Assembly: GCF_036365525.1 (NCBI RefSeq)
Contig: NC_090399.1
Coordinates: 15,127,558 to 15,191,557 of the forward strand
Length of the DNA: 64,000 nucleotides
Source: Heterodontus francisci
Lineage: Eukaryota
Direction of reading: 5' to 3'
Positions 25,821 to 36,800 of this stretch are shown piece by piece. The position numbers were made by a program, and so were the translations under genes. Under the pieces are notes generated by a model. The model was not told where the DNA came from, made no database searches, and was given only the letters and a program-made list of their open reading frames with translations. Position 1 is the stretch's first letter. Each line of letters opens with the position of its first letter.

Positions 25821-26672
25821 GTCGCTGTCTTTGGGAGGATGAATTGCATGAGTTCCTCGCACTTGTTAAAAATGAGAGCGTAGGTGGGGAAAGTTCCTTA
25901 AGGTAATAGAGAAAAGGAAACCACGGCTATTGTTACCATGCAGGGTAATCTTTGAACAGTGGGTGGTTTCTGTAAAGGAAAGCGGGCCCTGTAAGAGTTT
26001 AATGTGACAAGTCACATCTGGGAATACATGGCTAATCCGGTTTGTGCCACGTATCGTCATATTTGTCCTCCCTTGGATTTAAGGAAGCAAATATGGGGGT
26101 CATACCAAAGCGATCAAGTGAAATGAGAAATTGTGAAGTTTGTATTAGGAAAAAGGGCACCAAATGCAAATCGCCTTTTCAGATTAGTGTTTCAGAAAAT
26201 TACCATGTCGATAACACTGCCAAAGTATGATGCATGAAGTTGTTTGTGATAAGAGAAAAGACACCTCATTAACGTATGTGTCCTTATATCACCATACTTA
26301 AATGATAAACGTAATCTTTATGTTCATTAGGATGACAGACGCTAACGTTATCCAGTAGGATATATTACCACAATAACAATCCAATGTGCCATCCAATATT
26401 TCCGGGTTAGCTGCAGAATAGCCTGCAAGGTGAATTTACCTCTACTCTGCTTGAACAACACCCCTTCACACAAAGTTCCGAAAAGGGACCCTTACTGTCC
26501 AAGTCTACTTATTTACTCTCGCACCTGATGTCCTCTGTGACTGAGATTGCCAATTCAATACTAAATTGTACTTTTTGGAGCGGTTTTGATGTTGTGGGTC
26601 AATGTCCATTAGGAAGCTGTGAACCCTTGCAGTCAACAGAGAGACAGGAGTCGTTTAGTCCATCAGTCTGGG

Positions 26673-26777
26673 CTATAGGTAAGTCCGGGTCATAATGTGG
26701 GCGCAGCACGTCTCCTTAAGCATTATTATCGATTTCATTACGTCTGGTTTCATTTTATAGGCACTTCCCTTATTTTG
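26673..26777 (-). CDS. NCR3: Candidate exon 7 (QNKGSAYKMKPD…; either reads to TAG at 26673 or splices at 26742 to 26625-26599)
   Basis: gaatgttttag| acceptor in phase 0; open for 34 codons; internal GAC|gtaatg donor possible. Confidence 0.4.
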   Translation of the reverse strand, partial: QNKGSAYKMKPDVMKSIIMLKETCCAHIMTRTYL

Positions 26778-29700
26778 CTAAAACATTCGTAACAGGGAAA
26801 AACCTTCAGAAGCATATTTAGGATATTGAAAATAGGTAGAGAACACAGCAATCCCATCGTTGGAGATAATGATTGGCGAATTACTGCAGCCTCGTTGTTC
26901 ATCGCAACCATCTATTATTGCACATACAAAACATCTCACCATCCAATAACTCTTACTTGTGACGTTGGCTGTGGATTAATTGTTGCTGTGAAAATGAGAG
27001 GAAGGGGAATGGGTCAGAATTATATAATGCAAGACACATTAGCATAAACACACACAGACAGACATATTCATATGTGTCAGTAGAACCTTGCGATCAAATG
27101 AATTTGAATAAAATAATTTGCAACAGTATTTTCATATTTAGCTTGTTTTGATTAACCAGCAATGATAATCAATGTAGAATACATCATGTGAAGGCAATTA
27201 CAGCTCACGTACCATACATTGCGTTGGTCCCACTGTGATTTCTGTAATAAGAGAGATGATATTTGAATTTAAAAATTATGCACGTTAAATTCTGAACAAT
27301 CATCAATTCAATAAGATTTGACATTTCCTGTACCTTTTTAGCCTCAGAATAACTGAAAGAAAATAAGGTAGACGTTAATATAATTGTTTTAAGGTAATTA
27401 CTTGCCGATCCTTTCTCTTATTAAAATATCGTAAAACTGACCGTCAACAAACGCACCCACAACCGAATCGATAGGCCGTACAGTGAATCTGGTCACTATG
27501 TGCACGGACATTATAATGATATTTCCTCCGAATATTATTTCTAATGATGTCCTAAGTGTGTTCTAAAATAATTGTTCATACTATAAGTGTCTCTGATTGC
27601 ACTAGTAACGCTGACAAACTCCAGAAATGCATTAACTGGATGACTCCTCATAGCGGCCAGAGCAATTGCCCCGCATTATAGCGAAAGCGTAATAGTTAAA
27701 TAGGGACCAGCGTGTTTCACAGAGTTACAGACCTTTGTTTTGCCAGATCAGTCGACATGTGAGAATCATTATGGTCATGCCCAGCAACGTGAGCGCACCT
27801 CCCAATAGAAGTAGCAGGTTAATATCCCTGCTCTTTTCTCCCCGAATTCTGCCTGAAATAAGGAGTTGAGGTCAAAAAATTAATATGATAAGCTGAGGAA
27901 AAACGATTTTGTTTGCATCAAAAAAGAGCATGATTGTAAAAATACATCAATAAATCAAGTCTTGCATTTCTCTAGCACCTTTCACGGCCCAAGGAAGTCC
28001 TAAAGCACTTCACGGCCGGTGACGTTCTTTTGAAGTATAGCTACGGTTGTAATGTAGGAAACGCAGCAGCCAGTTTGCGCACAGCAAGATCCCACAAACA
28101 GCAATGTGATAATGAACAGATAATTGTTTTTAGTGGTGCCGATTGTAGGCTTAATATTGTCCAGGGCACCGACGATACCTCCCATGCACTTCGTCGAAAC
28201 AGAGTCATGGGATCTTTTACATTCACTTAACAGGGCAGACATCAATTAGAGTCTTGGTTTAAGGTTTCATCCAAAAGCCGGCACCTCTGGCAGTGCAGCA
28301 TTCCTCCATACTGCCCTTGGATATTTGGGCTCAAGCCTCTGGAGTGGGACCATAATAACCAAAATATCAAAATTGGAACAGATTAGTTCCAACCCTATTC
28401 CGCTACAATTCCCACATCAGCTTTAATAAGAGCATTATCTAGGTACTTCCCCCTACATTAAATTTCATGCTCACTCTGAAGTATTCAAGGATTCTGGTGT
28501 CACTGGCAGCTCCCAAATGACGATTGCTTAACGTTGAGACCAGGGGTAAGACTGGGCACTTGACGCAGCATCACAACCCAGCACAGCCTGCTGGACATTG
28601 GACATGGTCGGGGACGCGACACCGGTGGCATTGCATCGGTAGCGTGATACGCACACTTGCAGTTTTCGGTTCTATTGACTTCAATTGGACTTCAATCATA
28701 TTGACTTCAATAAAATGGAATATTGTGTTGTATAACGGGCTGCAGATGGGATTCGGCATGTTTTGCATCAACGCCAAAGACCAATTTCACCTCCCCCATC
28801 ACCCCCGCCCTAAATGTACACATAAATACAAACACATTCCATGGCATAACATATAAGATTTAAGAATGACCTGAAGGAGTTACTCTGAATGATTTCCCCA
28901 TCCCTGGTGCCCAGATTCCTGCGGCCAATTGTCCTCTGGTTAGTTGCAGTCTGCAAATTGACGCTAGGATCTCCCTGGCCTGTAAAAATCGAGTACGGCT
29001 ATAAAATTATAATACCTGTTTAATAAATGATTACTCTAGGATGCCACTTACGCCTCACTTCCAGTTTGGTGCCATTTCCATCTCTCACACCGGTTTCCAT
29101 TAAGCTTACGCGACAGTAATAGGTGTCTGTATCTTTCTCAATCAAGTCGGAGATATTGATGAATATTCTGTTGTTGGTAAATGAATCACTGCCCGATTTT
29201 TCCAGCCGACCTTCATAAAATGGACTCTTGTCCAGTTTGTACCCATCCGGTTTACCCCGTGTCCAGTGAGCAGTGCCGATCAAGGTTACGTTTCCTTCAA
29301 AGTCCAGAGCACAGTTCAGTGTCACCGACTCCCCCTCATCTGCAGTTCGAAAGGGAGGGAACTGGAAAACGGTGACACTTATCTTTCCACCTGCTGAATG
29401 GAAACACTTTAACTTTAAAGGTGATAAGTAGTAAACGTCATTCCTCTCTAACGCTGTCTGACAATTGCCGTTGGTAAAGGTAATTATCATTTTACATTAT
29501 ACAGATATCGAGATGAAAAGTACAACAGCAGTCATTGGAAACGTCAAACACATTACACACAGGCAGGACGTGCTCTAGATATCTAGCAAATCAGTCAGGC
29601 TCTGAAGAGAAGGACAGGTTAGCGTTTGGTTGAGTTGCTCCGCCTTCTCGTCTGAACCAAGAGCTAAACTAATAAAATTCAAGTGTAGATCAATTACCTG

Positions 29701-32060
29701 TGATATTGAATTCTATGAAATTGATATTTTCATTATCCTCGTTCATTCAACCACTGTTTTCTAATTCCAGTTGTTTTCTACCAATGTGGGACAAAATAGA
29801 ACTTGTTTTACATTTCGCCTTAGGCGTTCCTCACTTTACAAGGAACTACAGCAACATTTGTAAAATGGTGCGAATTTGAAAGAAGTTCTGTGATGAGATG
29901 CCGATATGTAAACACATAGTCAGCCACTTATTTGGTTCAGCCCGTGGTGTTATTGACTTCGCGTGAAATCTGACAAGTAAACAATGATATAATGTCGTAA
30001 ATGTTGGTTCTATATTTTGGCAAGAGGAAGTTGTTACGCTAACGCTCCGTCCTTTATTTCAATTAAGGTGTTAACCTATTTATGTCGAACATGTGAACGT
30101 CTTCCCTAAGATTGACGAAAGATGCTGATATCATGTCAGCATGTGATCCGTCTCTTTACATTGTGCTTATTGCTGCAGCCACGTCTCATTCCACATGCGC
30201 AGAACATTGGGAGAATCTAGAACAAGGGGGCACGATATTAAAATTAGAGCGAGGCCGTTAAGGAGGCAAATCGGGAAGGTCTTTTTCACTGGTCATCTTT
30301 TAATTGCCAGTGGGATGATTTCCTCCGCTTTATCTGTGGTGACATTGTAAACAAATGCGTCGTGTGTTCCAATGTTTCTGACAAAAATTCTATAGTTTGA
30401 TCAGAAATTTCAATGCCGAAAAAAATCTCACTATATTTGCGAAATCGGTACCCAGCTGAATGAGCGGAAATAATCCCCAGTGGCCATAAAAATGTACGTG
30501 GAAAATCCCAGAACACTGTGGGCGTAATTTTAGCTTTTGGCGATAGTGGGACACAACAGATATCAAATTCGCTGCCCATTATACACATCACATCCGTACA
30601 CAAAATTAAAATAATAATAATGGTGTATTATTTCTTGTAGTTCATATTCCGATTCCGACTGATAAGATAATAGCGGAAATTTCCCTGCACGCCCAGTATG
30701 TCTAAGTTAATAAACTTAGACTTGAGATGCAGACAATGGGTGAGGTGGGCATCAGGACACAATCAGAGAACCCAGGAGCATTGCGAGTCATATAAAAAGG
30801 AAGACAGGGAACGAGTAAGACAAATGCACAGATGAACAGTGAGATACTGTAAGTAATCGGAGGAGATGCTGAGTAGTCGACGGGAGAATGTGGTTGAATA
30901 TCAGAGCGTGGCATTGAGAAAGCAACAGCAGAAGAGAAACAAAAAGGCAAGAAGGACAGGGCTAGAAAAACATAAATGAGAAGAAGGGGACAAGCAGTGG
31001 GGCAGCTATAGGATTTAATACTGCTATATTGCTTTAATTTGGGATATGAACAACGCGCAAGAACTGCTTGTTCTGATACTGGGAAGAGACAATTATTTGC
31101 ATGCAGTACAACTTTTTTTTCGCGGTGGGCCGAAGGTCCTGTTTCTACGCTGTACGACTCAATGGATTGGTAGAAAGAGCCTGGTGTCGCCAGAAAATTT
31201 TGTGGAACACATAAAGGAAAAGGCTCACAAGGGGATGTTCACTGATGATTACACAGTGTTCAATTCCATTGGAAATTCCTCAGATAATGAAGCAATCCAT
31301 GCTGGCAGGCAGCAAGACCTGGACAACATCCAGGCTTGAGCTGACAATTGGCGAGTAAAAGAAGTGCCAGCGATGCTCACATCTCGGGAATGAATTAAAA
31401 ACAAACGATTATGCGTTTATAAATGTAAAAAAAACGCTGAACTTGTATAGCTCCCCCATCACATCGTCGAATTGTATAAAATTGATTCATAATTACTTGT
31501 TTTGGAGTACAGCCACTGCTGTCATGAAATCAAATGCAGCAGTCAATTTATGTCAGGAACATCCCACAAATGGCTTAAACCGAATGAAGATTTTCGCCTG
31601 GAATTTCTGTTCACTCCATCTCCCGGCGTAACTTCGGCGGAAGATCGGGTAAAAGAAATAACAACCAATCTTCCACGCAAATTACGGCGGCGACCGAGAG
31701 AAAGTCTCGAACACACTGTAATCTCACTTAGAGGAGCCTGGTCAATTGCTTAACACAGTGATATCACTATTTCTTAGTTAATGCGCCAGCTTTCTGTAAG
31801 CTGCAGGGGGTAAAATTAACAGTTGATACCCATGAGCCTTTTTATGACTATTTCAAATAGTAAAATTATCAGTTAGAAGCTGAAAATGCTTTCTTAAAAG
31901 CAAGTCTAGTTTTTGCAAGATTTTAAAATTTAAACTAACGGTATTTTCTCGCCTATCGCCATTCTCCATAAGAGGCAACAACAAAAAAATCAATGAACTC
32001 ACCCGTGCATATTGCAAAGAAAATCAACAGCATTGAAGTGGGCTGTTGACTTAATAGCAT
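26673..32060 (-). CDS. NCR3: NKp30/NCR3-like single VJ-Ig-domain type I membrane receptor (spliced; about 218-232 aa depending on the last exon). Family member, 1:1 orthology not established
   Basis: Exons 32060-32003, 29390-29052, 27852-27733, 27352-27334, 27241-27213, 26985-26957 and 26777-(26673), all with GT-AG sites and compatible phases. Product: MLLSQQPTSMLLIFFAICTG-GKISVTVFQ…C…W…YYCRV…GNGTKLEVR-RRIRGEKSRDINLLLLLGGALTLLGMTIMILTCRLIWQNK-VILRLK-RNHSGTNAMY-ATINPQPTSQ-QNKGSAYKMKPD…. Confidence 0.8.
26957..26985 (-). CDS. NCR3: Exon 6, 29-nt cytoplasmic micro-exon (ATINPQPTSQ)
   Basis: ctctcattttcacag|CA ACA…CAA|gtaaga, phase 1-0. Confidence 0.65.
27213..27241 (-). CDS. NCR3: Exon 5, 29-nt cytoplasmic micro-exon (RNHSGTNAMY)
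   Basis: tctctcttattacag|A AAT…TAT G|gtacgt, phase 2-1. Confidence 0.65.
27334..27352 (-). CDS. NCR3: Exon 4, 19-nt cytoplasmic micro-exon (VILRLK)
   Basis: ttattttctttcag|TTATTCTGAGGCTAAAAAG|gtacag, phase 1-2. Confidence 0.65.
27733..27852 (-). CDS. NCR3: Exon 3, stalk + transmembrane
   Basis: ttatttcag|GC…AAA G|gtctgt, 120 nt, phase 1-1; INLLLLLGGALTLLGMTIMILTC hydrophobic helix. Confidence 0.85.
27956..28350 (-). mobile_element. DeuSINE (SacSINE1/AmnSINE1-like) in intron 2
   Basis: Deu-domain and tail: gtaaaagatcccatg…tgtttgtgggatcttgctgtgcgcaaactggctgctgcgtttcctacattacaac…aatgcaag. Confidence 0.8.
29052..29390 (-). CDS. NCR3: Exon 2, VJ-type Ig domain of the NKp30-like gene
   Basis: cattcagcag|GT…AGG C|gtaagt, 339 nt, phase 1-1. 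B-strand C, C-strand W, DTDTYYC and J-like GNGTKLEV in one exon; aligns by eye to human NKp30 (VSQPP…EG…C…IGSVTW…GRL…YVCRV…GNGTRLVV). Confidence 0.93.
31227..31405 (+). mobile_element. Zenon-like LINE scrap in intron 1
   Basis: GMFTDDYTVF…QQDLDNIQA plus tail remnant. Confidence 0.7.
32003..32060 (-). CDS. NCR3: Exon 1, leader peptide of the NKp30-like gene
   Basis: aagATG CTA…MLLSQQPTSMLLIFFAICT + G|gtgagt; 58 nt, phase 1, matching the V exon; hydrophobic core MLLIFFAIC. Confidence 0.75.
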
Positions 32061-32560
32061 CTTCTGTGTATTTGTGAAGAGGTTGGAAGTAATAGAATCA
32101 ATGGCGCCAGCAAAGTCAGCAAGGTGAGAACATTTAGCACCAACCCACACAGAGTGCGAATGGAATTATTTGCGGTTTCCAGTTGAGAACACAGGATACA
32201 CCCACACTTCACTGCTGCACAGAATTAAAAGCTTTTAGTCTTTAGAGCAGATTTTTTTAACTTCACGAGTCATGTAAGAATGCAGCGTTGATGGAGTTTG
32301 ATAAGCACACATCATAGGAAATATAGCACCGATAGTATCGATTAGCCATGCTGTCATTTGCGCGGTTTTATAATTAGACTGTAAGTTCCATGTCCCTAAA
32401 TTGCATATTGCTCAATGATGATGGTTTTGAAGCTGAATGAAGGGGCGGAAAGACGCGACAGACGTGACCCAAAGTTTACATTCAGCTAATCATAAATCTG
32501 TGATTTCAGCGCCAATATTACCGAGGTAATGCTAATGATTTTCTATTGGGCCGAGCCACC
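32061..32560 (-). promoter_or_regulatory. Putative proximal promoter of the NKp30-like gene
   Basis: Unique sequence upstream of the leader ATG with ETS-like GGAAGT (~32085), RUNX-like TGCGGTT (32171-32177), GGGGCGGAA (~32442) and CCAAT/ATTGG (~32512, ~32545); motif presence only. Confidence 0.3.
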
Positions 32561-32637
32561 GCCACGTGTCAACAATGAACATCTTGACAGAAACTCCAGC
32601 TCCTGTACAGGTTTGCAGTAATCGGGTAACTGTATCA

Positions 32638-33045
32638 GCCGTGGTTCAGGGGATCGCATTCTTGCCTCTAAATTGGGAGATTGTGAATTCAAGTTCAGCT
32701 GTAGCAGACTTAAGCACCAAAACAAAACTGATCTTACGAGAGCGCTGCACTGCCGGAGGTGCCGTCTTTCGGATTCGAAAATGCACAGAAGCGAAAGGTA
32801 CCCCTTTAGGTGAACATGAGGGCCCTATGGCGCTGCTCTGAGCAAGTGGCGTTGTGCTCTGGCCGATATTTATCCTCAAACAAAAACAGATTATCTGGTC
32901 ATTATCTCAATACTGTTTGCGGAATCCGACTGTGCTCAAATTGTATTTTCCTCCAGTGCAACAGCGGCTGCATTTCACAAAGTGCTTCATTGGCTGTAAA
33001 GCGCAGAGGCACATCGTGAGAGGCGTTATATAAATGCCAGTTTTT
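32638..33045 (+). mobile_element. DeuSINE (SacSINE1-like)
   Basis: tRNA-like head, gctgcactgccggaggtgccgtctttcggat Deu core, tail gttatataaatgccag. Confidence 0.8.
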
Positions 33046-33367
33046 TTTATTTTAAACTGTCGATGACTTCGCCTGAAACCAAGAGACAGATGGAATCATG
33101 TTGGATGGCGCGATATGCTGTGCTTGAGTGCAAATCCGGTACTGATTATAGTCAGAGACAAATCAATATAAGCCATTCTTGGCCTTTTCTTTGCAGTTGC
33201 AGCCTATATACAGTGCAAAATCATTTATATTAGTTCTGCTTATTTATATTATCGGACGGATGGTTCACAAACATAATTCAGTTCTAAATTATTAATCCTC
33301 CATTCCCCAGTTTATATTTTTTTTCAGTAACGCACGCTTTCACATACAAAGCTACTAGTCAAATGCA

Positions 33368-34620
33368 GAATCACAAAATCACAAAATTGTTACAGTGCAG
33401 AAGGAGGCCATTCGGCCCATCGTGTCCACACCGGCTCTCCGACAGAGCAATTCACTCAGTTCCATTCCGCTCTCTTCTCCCCGTAACCCTGCAAATTCTT
33501 CCTTTTCATATAATTGTCTAACTCTCTTTTGAATGCTTCGATTGAACCTGCCTCCACCACACTCTCAGGCAGCGCATTCAAGAACTTAACTACTCAGCGT
33601 GAGTTTTGCCAAATGTCACTTTTGCTTCTCTTACCAAGTACTTTAAATATGTGCCCTCTCATTCTCAGTCCTTTCACGACTGGGAACTGTTTCTCTCTGT
33701 CTACTCTGTCCAGACTCTTCATGATTTTGAATTCCTCCATCAAATCACCTCTCAGCCTTTTCTTCTCCAAGGAAAACAATCCTAACTTCTCCAATCTATT
33801 TTCATAACTGAAATTCCTCATCCCTAGAACCATTCTTGTGAATCTTTTCTGCACTCTCTCCAATGCCTTCACATCTTTCCTAAACGCCCAGGACTGGATG
33901 CAATACTCCAGATGAGGCCAAGCGAGTGTCTTATACAAGTTCAACATGACTTCCTTGCTCTTGCATTCTATGCCCCAATTAATGAAGCCCAGGATACTGT
34001 ATGCTTTATGAACCGCTCTCTCAATCTGTCCTACCACCTTCAATGACTTATGCACATATACACCCAGGCCCCCCTGCTCCTGCACCCCCTTTAGAATTGT
34101 AACTTTATTTTATATTGTCTGTCCGTGTTCTTCCTACCAAAATGAATCACCACTTTTTTCTCCATTGAATCTCATCTGCCTCCTGTCTGCCCATTCCACC
34201 GATTGTCTGTTTCCTTTTGATGTTCCACACTATTCTCCTCACAGTTCACAATGCTTTTAAGTTTCGTATCATCTTCATACTTTGAAATTGTGCCCTGTAT
34301 ACCAAGGTTTAGGTCATTAAAATATATCAGGAAAAGCAAAGGTCCCGACACTGACCCCTGAGGAGCTCCACTACAAACCTTCCTCTAGCCCTAATAACAT
34401 CCATTAGCCACTATTCTTTGCTTCCTGTCACTCAGCCAATTACATATCCATGTTGCTATCATACCTTTTATTCCATGGGCTATAGGTTTGCTCACATGTC
34501 TGTTGTGTGGCGCTGTATCAAATGCCTTTTGAAAGTCCATGTACCACACATCAACGGCGTTACCCTCATCAACCCTCTCTGTTACCTTCTCAAAAAAACT
34601 TCAGCCAGTTAGGTAAACAT
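33368..34620 (-). mobile_element. CR1 RT/3' fragment
   Basis: ORF 33594-34085, LYKTLAWPHLEYC…RLRGDLME. Confidence 0.88.
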
Positions 34621-35440
34621 TATTTTCTTTATTTGTTCCATGGAATGTGGGCATCACTGGCTAGGCCAGCATTTATTGCCCGTCCTTAATTGCCCGCGAG
34701 AAGATGGTGGTGAGATGCCTTCTTGAACTGCTGCAGTCCATTTGGTGTAGGTACAACTACAGTGCTGTTAGGAAGGGAGTTCTAGGATTTTGACTCAGTG
34801 ACAGTGAAGGAACAGCAATATAGTACCAAGTCAGGATGGTGTGTGGCTTGGAGGGGAAACTGCAGGTGGTGGTGTTCCAATGCATTTCCTGCCCTTTTCC
34901 TTCTAGGTGGTACAGGTCACGGATTTGGAGTGTGCGGTCTAAGGAGCCTTGGTGCATTGCTGCAGTGCATCTTGTAGATGGTACACACTGCTGCTATTGT
35001 GCATCGGTGGTGGAGGGAGTGAATGTTTGTGCATGGTGTGCCAATCAAGTGGGCTGTTTTGTCCTGGGTGGTGTCAAGCTTCTGGAGTGTTGTTGGAGCT
35101 GCACCCATCCAGGCAAGTGGAGAGTATTCCATCACACTCCTGACTTGGGCCTTGTAGATGGTGGACAGGTTTTGAGGAGTCAGGAGGTGAGTCACAGGAT
35201 TCCTAGCCTCTGACTTGCTCTTGTAGTCATGGTATTTATATGGCGACTCCAGTTCAATTTCTGCTCAGTGGTAACCCCTAGGATGTTGACAGTGGGGATT
35301 CAGCAATTGTAATACCGTTGAATATCAAGGGGAGATGGTTAGATTCTCTCTTGTTGGAGGTTCCCATTGCCTGGCACTGATGTGGTGCGAATGTTACTTG
35401 CCATTTATCAGCCTAAGCCTGGATATTTTCTAGGTCTTGC
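34621..35440 (-). mobile_element. CR1-Zenon-like LINE 3' part
   Basis: TIYKAQVRSVMEYSPLAW…HSLHHR; tail at the left end. Confidence 0.88.
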
Positions 35441-35449
35441 TGAATTCTT

Positions 35450-36800
35450 CCCCATCTGATCCCTTAGCACTAAGGCAGTCCCAGTCAATATTAGGGAAGT
35501 GAAAATCACCTACTATTACAACCCTATATTTCCTACACCTATCTTGATTTCCCTACACATATGCTCCTCCAATTCCCTCTGACTATTGGGGGGGCCTATA
35601 GTATAATCCCATCAAAGTGATCACCCCTTTCTTATTTCTAAGTTCTATCCCTATGGCCTCGCTGGACGTTCCCCCCAGGATATTCTCTCTAAGTACTGCC
35701 GTGATGTCCTCCCTAATCAATAGTGAACCCCCCCCACCCCTCCTGTCTTACCTACATCTCTGTCACGCTGGAAGCATTGGTACCGGGAGCATTGAGCTGC
35801 AAATCCTGCCCATCCCTCAACCACGTTTCCGTAATAGCTATAATATCACAATCCCATATACCGATCCATGCTCTGAGTTCATCTTACCTGTAAGGCTTTT
35901 TGCATTAAAGTAAATATAGTTTAGCCTGCCAGACCTTCCACACTCCTTGTCCTGCCCCTGCCCCTGCCTGGCCTGCCTACTGGACTTGCTTACTTTAACC
36001 TCTACATTTGTCTCAACTATCTCATCAGAGAGACTACTACTTTGGGTCCCACCCCCCACCCCCCCCTACCAGACTAGTTTAAACCCTCCCGAGTACTACT
36101 TGCAAACCTCCCCGCAAGGATATTGGTCCCCTTCCAGTTCAGATGCACCCTGTCCCTCTTGTGCAGGTCACCTCTGCACCAGAAGAAATCCCAATGATCC
36201 AAGTAGCTGTAGCCCTCCCGCCTACGCCAGCTCTTCAGCCACACATTCATTTGCCTTATCCTCCTATTCCTACCCTCACTAGCACGTGGCACAGGGAGTA
36301 ATCCTGAGATTACAACCCAAGAGGTCCTGCTTTTTAACCTTCTGCCTAACTCCCTATATTTACTTTGCAGGACCTCATCTCTCTTCCTGCCTACGTCATT
36401 AATACCAATATGGACCACGACCTCTGGCTGCACACCCTCACCTTTCAGAATGTCCTGCAGCTGCTCCGAGACATCCTTGACCCTAGCACCAGGGAGGCAA
36501 CATACCATCCTGGAGTCTCGTTTGCGGCCACAGAAACACCTATCTGCACCCCTTACGATAGAATCCCCAATCACTATAGCTCTTCCACCCCTTTTCCTCC
36601 CCTGCTGTGCCCTCCGTGGTGCCACGAACTTGGCTGTTGCTGCTTTCCCCTGGGAGGTCATCCCCCCCCTCCCCCCCTCCCCCCCCCCCCCCCCCCAACA
36701 GTATCGAAAGCGGTATATCTGTTTGAGAGGGGGATGGCCACAGGGGACTCCTGCATTACTTGCCTGCGCCTACTATTCCGTTTGGTGGTCACCCATCCCT
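35450..36800 (-). mobile_element. CR1 ORF1 esterase + start of ORF2
   Basis: AIVIGDSIVRG, VVVHIGIND, VHLNWKG; then YFNAKSL…. Confidence 0.88.

Noticed and set aside
29020-29490. 156-aa single-exon ORF as the complete protein
   Set aside because: Its N- and C-terminal parts are intronic read-through; the real exon is 29052-29390
29698-29746. Alternative first exon MNEDNENINFIEFNIT G|gtaatt in phase with the V exon
   Set aside because: Not hydrophobic, so not a signal peptide; a better leader exists at 32003-32060. Cannot be excluded without RNA data
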